Position numbers and translations under genes: made by a program | DNA from: an uncultured Eubacteriales bacterium | Lineage (GTDB): Bacteria; Bacillota; Clostridia; Oscillospirales; CAG-382 | Direction of reading: 5' to 3' | Assembly: GCA_934479825.1 (NCBI GenBank) | Contig: CAKSOW010000007.1 | Location: 19,892-83,891, forward strand | Length of the DNA: 64,000 bases | Shown here: positions 57,570 through 64,000 of the stretch, one piece after another | How the letters are laid out: every line of letters begins with the position of its first letter | How positions within the stretch are numbered: position 1 is the first letter of the stretch | The notes under the pieces: model-generated | Database searches by the model: none | What the model saw: the letters and a program-made list of their open reading frames with translations, nothing else | What the model was told of the DNA's origin: nothing

Positions 57570-58895
57570 TTACTTCAAGAACAGCTCAATGACCGGCACA
57601 ACCACATCGGGCGCAGGGACGGGGAGCGATAAGACAAGCAAATCGTCCGCTTCGGTGCGACAGTCGCTGAAATGCTTGCTGGACTTTTCCGTGAATTTGA
57701 TTTCACTGCCATCGTGTAAAAATTGCGCATAGTCAACCTTTCCGGCAAAACCGCGCATTTCCAAAAAGGCGTACGGATATTCCATCAAATGAACATATAA
57801 CCGCTTTCCGTCCGCACTCTGCGTAAACCGACAGCCGCGCGGAACAGGCAGATCCGGATCTGCCATGGTGCAGCCGTATATCGACCGACTGTTTAATCTC
57901 ATCCATTCGCCGTAAACTTCCAAAGCCGCGTCGGCACGCTTGTCAAAATTGCCTCGTGAAGTCGGTCCGACATTCATTAAAAGATTTCCGCCGATACAAA
58001 CCGTGTTGATGAGCATTTCAATGAGCATGCGCGGCGATTTCCAGCTCTTTTCGTCGCGATGATATCCCCAAGAGCCGGAAAACGTCTGGCAGGCCTCCCA
58101 GGTGACGCGTTCGCCGGTTTTCGGATGTTTCGGCCAGTCCAATACCTGATATTGCTCCGGCGTCCATAAGTCTTGTTCTAAATCGGCACGATTGTCAATA
58201 ATGATGTTCGGCTGTAACGAGCGAACGAGTGCAATAAGCTTTTCGGATTCCCATTCGTTTTTGCCCTTGGCGCCGCCGTATTGCATCCAAGGCTTGACCG
58301 ACGCAGGAGCGGGGTTGGTGTAGGAAAAATCTAACCATAAAATATCGATTTTGCCGTAGTTGGTCAAGAGTTCTGTCAGCTGATTCCGCATGTACTCCGC
58401 ATACTTGTGCACATCGCGTCCCTTGTCCAATTCTTCGGCATTCGGGTCATTGCGGCGCGGATGAATCGAATCGATCGGAAACTCCGGATGATGCCAGTCG
58501 ATGAGAGAGTAGTAAAAACCGACATGTAAGCCCTCGGCACGAAATGCATCGGCATATTCTCTGACAAGATCTCTGCCAAACGCGGTGTTGGTAATCTTGT
58601 AGTCCGTGAATTGGCTGTCAAACAGACAAAAGCCCTCATGGTGCTTGGTGGTGAGAACGGCATATTTCATGCCGGCCGCTTTTGCTTTTTTGGCCCATTC
58701 GCGCGCATCGAACAGATCCGGATCAAAGTGGTTGAAATATTTCTCATACTTTTCCTCGGGTATGAATTCCAAGGTCTTGACCCATTCATGACGTGCCGGC
58801 ATGGCATATAAGCCGAAATGGATAAACATGCCGAATCGGTCATGAATGAACCAGCTTGTATCACCAAGAGTTTTGTGTTCGGGGAATAATGGCAT
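57570..58895 (-). CDS. alpha-L-fucosidase (GH29)
   Basis: WFIHDRFGMFIHFGLYAMPARHEW ... AGMKYAVLTTKHHEGFCLFDS is the GH29 N-terminal catalytic signature. Length 441 aa, with no signal peptide. Confidence 0.9.
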   Translation of the reverse strand: MPLFPEHKTLGDTSWFIHDRFGMFIHFGLYAMPARHEWVKTLEFIPEEKYEKYFNHFDPDLFDAREWAKKAKAAGMKYAVLTTKHHEGFCLFDSQFTDYKITNTAFGRDLVREYADAFRAEGLHVGFYYSLIDWHHPEFPIDSIHPRRNDPNAEELDKGRDVHKYAEYMRNQLTELLTNYGKIDILWLDFSYTNPAPASVKPWMQYGGAKGKNEWESEKLIALVRSLQPNIIIDNRADLEQDLWTPEQYQVLDWPKHPKTGERVTWEACQTFSGSWGYHRDEKSWKSPRMLIEMLINTVCIGGNLLMNVGPTSRGNFDKRADAALEVYGEWMRLNSRSIYGCTMADPDLPVPRGCRFTQSADGKRLYVHLMEYPYAFLEMRGFAGKVDYAQFLHDGSEIKFTEKSSKHFSDCRTEADDLLVLSLPVPAPDVVVPVIELFLK

Positions 58896-59036
58896 GGGAG
58901 AACCTCCTTGCAGTGTGTTGATTTTGAGTGCGTTTTGGTATCTTTATTCTATCATAACCACAGGATTTTGCCATGTGTTTTTTACCGAAAAATATGTGTT
59001 TTTCGGTAAAATAAAACCGCTCCGGATTTTCGGAAC

Positions 59037-59232
59037 GGTTCTGTCTGTGACAAAAGTCATAGGACTGTTTCGGGCAAAGCCCGATTCAAATTGAATTTTG
59101 AAAAAATCGGGGACATGTGCCACGATTTTTTCCCCGATAGATTCGCGAGTGTCGAAAAGCGTAAGCTTTTTGGCATGAGGCGCGAGCGCACGAATCTGTT
59201 GCGCGTCGCAAAATGAAATTTTGCGACACGCG
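59037..59232 (+). repeat. family 1 structured repeat, fourth copy
   Basis: Aligns with 21869-22076 over the whole core. Flanked on both sides by similar hairpins (AAAACCGCTCCGGATTTTCGGAACGGTT on the left and AAAACCGCTCCGATTTCTCGGAGCGGTTTT on the right). Confidence 0.85.
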
Positions 59233-59233
59233 T

Positions 59234-59264
59234 AAAAACCGCTCCGATTTCTCGGAGCGGTTTT
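59234..59264 (-). terminator. rho-independent terminator of the surface-protein operon
   Basis: Stem CCGCTCCGA / TCGGAGCGG with a T-tract on the minus strand. Confidence 0.7.
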
Positions 59265-59272
59265 GCTGTATT

Positions 59273-59398
59273 TTATTCCTCTAACCATTCGCCGTCAATA
59301 TCGACGTCGTCTTGGGGATCTTCGCCGCTGCTCATGAGCAGGTCAGCGGTCAAAAGTTCAATATCCATTTCAGGCGAAATATAATTCTTCTTACGCAT
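59273..59398 (-). CDS. possible 41-aa acidic peptide, translationally coupled to the surface-protein gene
   Basis: Own translation: MRKKNYISPEMDIELLTADLLMSSGEDPQDDVDIDGEWLEE*. The ATG lies inside ...GCCAATGCGTAA (the stop of the upstream gene), with GGAGGA 7 nt upstream. It ends 9 nt before the terminator. Confidence 0.35.
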   Translation of the reverse strand: MRKKNYISPEMDIELLTADLLMSSGEDPQDDVDIDGEWLEE

Positions 59399-62300
59399 TG
59401 GCGCTTCCTCCGTTTACAATATTATTGATATAGTCTTGTTCCTCTTCCGACATGCTTGAAAATGCATCCGAGTTCTGTAACTCTTGTGCAACCTCAAACA
59501 TGCTTCTTGCATAAGGTGAACTGTAATAATAATTGTTTCCGATTTTGATGTAAGCGCGTACAGCGAGGGAAGTGTTGTTATTCTTTATATTGTAGACAAC
59601 GCAGGTGATACCTTCGCTTTCGCCGAATTTGATATCACTGCCTAACGAACCGCCGCCGTTATCGTAAACGATGTCCGTGCCGTCGTTTTTGTTGTAAGCC
59701 ACACCGTAGACGTATTTCGTTCCATCCGGCGTAGTACCTTTGGCTTGCGGACCGGACGGGCCGAAAACGAGGTTGTTCATGGTTTCATCTTTCGCGGTGA
59801 GAGCGGTCTTGTTGCCGACAATGAATCCGATTTCTTCGGCTTGTGCAAGATTTTTTGCGGCAAGGTTCACTTTTGCGGCAAAACGGATACCGGTATTTCC
59901 GGTAATGCGGATAGAATTCTTTTCGATCATGGTCGGAACCGTGATCGAATCCTTTTTCCAGATCGCGTAAAGATTGTTTTCGGAGGTGTTTGTAATGTCA
60001 ATCGAGGCGACCGTGGTCGTGGCATCCGGAGAAGTACCCCAACCGAGGAACACATACCCCTCACGGGCAGGAATGTCGCCGGTCAGACGGTAATCGACGC
60101 CAACAGCCGCTTTGGTGTCGGTTGCAAAAGCCGTACCCGAATTGTCGTTCATGTAATAGGTCACAGTTTTATCACCGGTGCGATAGAACCGGATGTAATC
60201 GACAAGAGACGTGTCACCGATGCTGTATGCCTTGCGGAGTGCATCAAAGTGAAGGGTGTTTTTATTCGTCATGCTTGCGTAATCGAATTTAGACTCGTAT
60301 TCTTTAAGGGAATCGGCATATTTTCCGCCAAATGTGGCTAAGCTTTTATTGTCGGTGCTCTTCAATTCCATGTACGGAAGTTTTTTGTTAAAACGTACAC
60401 GTGCTTTGGCTCGGTTGAAGTCGGCAGAAAGCCCCAAATCAGATACATCTAAGACATAGTAGTGATAGTTGCCCGTCATGTTTACCAAAGCTGTCACGGT
60501 CATAATTCCGTTTGAAAAAGAGGGCTGGGAGTTTTGATGGGTATATGTGAGTTTATCGCTGTTATCAAACTCAAATCCGACGGAAGACGGACGTGTATCC
60601 AACCAGCAGGCATACAGATTTACATCGGCATTTCCAATGGTGATAGCGTCGCTCGGATCGAGCAGATTTGTTTCGGCTTTGGCATCGCTCTCACTTGTTG
60701 CCCAGCCGCGGAATACATAGCCGGTACGTGTCGGAACTTTTCCGGTCAAACGATACCCCACACCGACAGCAGCCTTGTCATCCATATCAAACGTTTCCAT
60801 GGTACCGTCATTCATATAGTATGTGACGGTTTTGTCGCCGGTGCGATAGAAACGAACGTAGTCAATGTTTGCACTTTCCAAGGCGTTGCTTTCATCTGCT
60901 ACTTTTTTTGGTACACGTAAAGCGTCAACAGCAATGATATTTAGCGTACTTGTAAGATCCGGATTCCAGCTTTGTTTAAACTCATGTAATTCGTCTGTGT
61001 ACGGCTTTGCGACACTTTCGTTGTTGCCGCTTTTTGTCAGCCAGAATACACCGGACGAGTGATTGCCAAGAGCAGTATTATTAACATTCAACACAGCCAT
61101 GGCGGCCTGGTTGGTGTTGGAACTTAACCGAGCGCGTAAGAAAATTCGGTTGTAGTCTCCGTTTAAGCCATCGGAATACTTGGCGGCAATATTGATTTTA
61201 AAGCGGTTATATACTCGGTCGGGAAATACTGCGGTAGGAGTATATACACCCAAACCGTTTTGCAGAGTAAGTTTTGAATAGGCGAGGTTTCTGTCTTGAT
61301 AGAGTGTGTCTAAAATTTCGTCTTCATCGTCGCCGCCGAATTCCACGCTTTTCATGGACAGAGCTGTGTAATCATAATCCCAAACCGCATAAAGTGTAAT
61401 GGCATCTGTGGTTTCCGGTGTAATTTCCGTAATCAGATCTTCGTCTTTGTATGCGGCAAGAGCAATTTGCGTTTTCGACCAACCTTTAAAAACAAAATAT
61501 TTGGCGGTCGGTTTGACAGCTGAAAGAGCATTGGACTCGTTCAGAACAGCGTATCCATCCGCAGGCATGCCGCTCACTGCGTCGGCAAGAACCGGCTTAT
61601 TGGCGTCGTAAACGACCTTGGCAAGCTTGCTTTCGTCGATGTTAGCGTAAAGTGTAATGTCGGCACGATTCAAAGCCACGGAAGTTACGGGTTCGCCGCC
61701 TTGTTTGGTTGCCCAGCCGTTTAACGCATCGCCATAAGGATTATAGTTCGGCGTAAAGTTTTCAAGGAAATTACCTTTGTCGTCGATCAGCGTATATTCC
61801 GTTTTGAGAACAGAACTTCCGTCCGGCGTGCAGTAGGTGATTTTGTAGTAGGGGACAAACATAAGGTTGTCCAGATAAACAGAATTGCCTCTATCTAATT
61901 GAAAACCGGCAATCGTTACATCCTGGGAAGAGTAAACAGCAAAAGTTCTTCTGACCGGACTTCCAGTACTGGAACCAACGTCAATGACTTTGGCGTTGCC
62001 GCCGGACGTGGCTAACCACTTTATGCCGGTAGGGTTTGTGTAAAGAAAGTTTTCCTTTTGGTCACTTAGCGTTTTGTGGTTAAAACCGATAAACCAAAAG
62101 TTGGAGTTGCCTATTGTTTGTACATCAACAGAAACATACAACGGACGCTCAGCATCTAAATTGAACTTCCACTGAAAATAAGGATATGTACCGGATACTG
62201 CATTTACTTGTAAAGCTTTGCTGGAATTATTGGTGATAATGGTTGCAGAATCTACATTGGAGATACTTATAATACTGTTGGTTAACAAAACTTGTTTGTT

Positions 62301-62550
62301 CTCAACCCATTTTTCCCCTTCTTCGTAGCTCTCAAACGTCTCCGCCTCCGTTGTCCCGGTAAGAATATTAGTACCAGGGGGGGGGTATGATTCCTGTATC
62401 AGCGGTCAGATCCGCCGTTTCTTGTGCCGGTTCGGCAACCGGGGTGGTCTCCATGCCGTTTTCAACCGGTTCAAGCACCGGAACGGCAAACGCCGTCATG
62501 CAAAGCAAAACTGCAAGCAGAACGATGGCAAGGGTATTGCGCTTTTTCAT
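59391..62550 (-). pseudogene. secreted Listeria-Bacteroides-repeat surface protein (about 1050 aa) interrupted by a frameshift at a homopolymer; a phase-variable gene or an assembly error
   Basis: The 62368-62550 ORF encodes only a Sec signal peptide plus linker (MKKRNTLAIVLLAVLLCMTAFA/VP...) and stops just after the C9 tract. The 965-aa body ORF (59391-62288) is open back to the tract in the frame reached by removing one C. The body contains YVF(R/L/K)GW...LYA(C/I/V)W repeats. Confidence 0.75.
62377..62385. repeat. G9 (coding-strand C9) homopolymeric tract
   Basis: Counted directly: G at 62377-62385. It encodes PPP in the signal-peptide frame. Confidence 0.95.
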
Positions 62551-62642
62551 GAGAAAACTCCTTTCAAATTTATATGTTTTTAAGCGCCGGCTGATAGAAA
62601 CAACCTGAGCGGCGTTTCACAAAAGAAACAATTTCTTTTTTA

Positions 62643-62671
62643 ATTATAAATTTTTCTATGCGCGAAATCAA
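62643..62671 (-). promoter_or_regulatory. sigma-A-type promoter of the surface-protein gene (TTGATT-17 nt-TATAAT on the minus strand)
   Basis: The reverse complement of 62643-62671 reads TTGATTTCGCGCATAGAAAAATTTATAAT. It lies about 90 nt upstream of the ATG at 62550, in an AT-rich spacer. Confidence 0.5.
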
Positions 62672-62861
62672 TTGCAAATCAAAGAAAAAAGTTTGCATAT
62701 AATGACTTTCTTGCTTTTGGTAAAAGGAGAGGCAAAATGTTTGCATAAAGCATATTTATTTTCGCTTATTAGTAATTTATGGTTGAATTATAGCATGGAT
62801 TATGAATTTATATGTTGACAATTTATTTCTGAATATAAATTAAATAGTTAAATATGCACAT

Positions 62862-62898
62862 AAAAAAGAGCTTTCCCCAAGGGAAAGCTCTTTTTTTA
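62862..62898 (-). terminator. bidirectional rho-independent terminator after icd
   Basis: Stem AGAGCTTTCCC / GGGAAAGCTCT flanked by A6 and T7 tracts. Confidence 0.85.
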
Positions 62899-62920
62899 TA
62901 GTCATATACGGTAAGTTGTT

Positions 62921-64000
62921 TTAAGCAAGTTTCTTTTCTAACCGTTCACGGATAGCGGAAATGAACTCGCCTGTTGTGGCGGTCGTCACCTTGATGCCCT
63001 CGGCAAGACCGGCGAGGTCCTTTGTCATAATGCCGTCGTTCAAGGTATCGATGCAGGCTTCTTCCAGTTTATCCGCAAAAGCGGAAAGGTCGGCAAGACC
63101 GTCAAGCTCGCCGCGTTTGCGAAGTGCGCCCGTCCAGGCGTAAATGGTCGCCATGGGGTTGGTGGAGGTCTCCTCACCGGCAAGATATTTGTAGTAATGC
63201 CGCGTGACTGTGCCGTGTGCCGCTTCGTATTCATAGTTCCCGTCCGGGCTGACAAGGACGCTTGTCATCATGGCAAGCGAGCCGAACGCCGTGGAGACCA
63301 TATCGCTCATCACATCGCCGTCGTAGTTTTTGCAGGCCCAAATATAGCCGCCCTCGCTGCGGATGACGCGTGCGACGGCATCGTCGATCAACGTGTAGAA
63401 ATATGTAATGCCGAGTTTTTCAAACGTTTCTTTATAGTCGGCTTCGTAGACTTCTGCAAAAATGTCCTTGAAAGTGTGGTCGTACTTCTTGCTGATCGTA
63501 TCCTTGGTGGAGAACCACAGATCCTGCTTGGTATCGATGGCGTATTTGAAACAGGAATGGGCGAACGACCGGATCGAGGTATCCTTGTTGTACTGCCCCT
63601 GTAAAACGCCGGGGCACTCAAAATCGTATACCGTCTGACGGGTCTCGTTTCCGTTTTCATCGGTAAAGACGATTTCCGCTTTGCCCTTACCGGGAATGCG
63701 CATTTCAGAAGCCTTGTATACGTCGCCGTAGGCATGGCGGGCAATGGTAATCGGCTTTTTCCAGTTTTTCACAACCGGTTTGATAGAATCAATTAGGATC
63801 GGCGCGCGGAAAACCGTGCCGTCCAAGATCGCGCGGATAGTGCCGTTGGGGCTTTTCCACATTTCTTTGAGGTGGTATTCCTCAACGCGCTGGGCGTTGG
63901 GCGTGATGGTGGCGCATTTGACGGCAACGCCGTACTTTTTGGCGGCATTGCTTGCGTCGATGGTCACTTGGTCGTCGGTGCGGTCGCGCTCGGGAAGTCC
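62921..64000 (-). CDS. icd: NADP-dependent isocitrate dehydrogenase (eukaryote-like IDH1/2 subfamily), N-terminus outside the window
   Basis: ...[59 protein letters not shown]... The frame stays open to position 64000 ([11 protein letters not shown]). Confidence 0.9.
   Translation of the reverse strand, partial: GLPERDRTDDQVTIDASNAAKKYGVAVKCATITPNAQRVEEYHLKEMWKSPNGTIRAILDGTVFRAPILIDSIKPVVKNWKKPITIARHAYGDVYKASEMRIPGKGKAEIVFTDENGNETRQTVYDFECPGVLQGQYNKDTSIRSFAHSCFKYAIDTKQDLWFSTKDTISKKYDHTFKDIFAEVYEADYKETFEKLGITYFYTLIDDAVARVIRSEGGYIWACKNYDGDVMSDMVSTAFGSLAMMTSVLVSPDGNYEYEAAHGTVTRHYYKYLAGEETSTNPMATIYAWTGALRKRGELDGLADLSAFADKLEEACIDTLNDGIMTKDLAGLAEGIKVTTATTGEFISAIRERLEKKLA

Noticed and set aside
62368-62550. 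A stand-alone 60-aa secreted peptide gene
   Set aside because: It consists of a signal peptide plus a short linker and terminates right after a C9 tract. The downstream 965-aa ORF is in the frame reached by a 1-nt slippage and lacks its own signal peptide and a credible start. The ORF is better explained as the 5' part of one frameshifted gene.

Overview
This 64-kb window is about 50% GC and looks like the chromosome of an endospore-forming Clostridia, probably Oscillospiraceae/Ruminococcaceae-like. That assignment rests only on protein sequences and gene content; no database search was possible. Most of the window is housekeeping sequence. Recognisable genes include rpmB, ldhA-like, mfd, pfk, dnaA, ygiQ, trmB, nadE, a soj-like ParA, gdpP with yybS, the str operon (rpsL-rpsG-fusA-tuf), an FMN riboswitch with ribU, a 56-aa ferredoxin missed by the ORF track, and a partial icd. 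Sporulation-type genes are also present (DUF2953 plus ytfJ, and a DUF3794/LysM coat-like protein). Accessory loci include a WG-repeat wall protein, a ROK kinase/SIS isomerase/WYL regulator group, and a GH99-like multidomain protein. There is also an ECF sigma/anti-sigma/DUF4358/MBOAT/DHHW cluster and a GH29 fucosidase. One sugar ABC uptake operon is interrupted by a membrane-fusion protein with a giant coiled coil and a truncated MacB-like protein. A roughly 1050-aa Listeria-Bacteroides-repeat surface protein has its reading frame broken at a G9 homopolymer. The most unusual content is non-coding. (1) Two diverged, oppositely oriented, ORF-free loci of about 1.1 kb (33.2-34.4 kb and 56.5-57.6 kb) share a conserved quasi-palindromic architecture and bracket 22 kb that includes the str operon. 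Each is built from arrays of GTTACTTTTCG...CGAAAAGTAAC hairpins, variable GC hairpins, IR elements of about 115 bp bounded by CGGTTCAAAA, and a core with nearly invariant blocks. (2) A structured repeat family of about 200 bp has four copies, two of them as a perfect-period 208-bp tandem, each wedged against terminator hairpins. I could not assign either family to a known RNA or mobile-element class from the sequence alone. No tRNA or rRNA genes, CRISPR arrays, transposases or integrases were seen.
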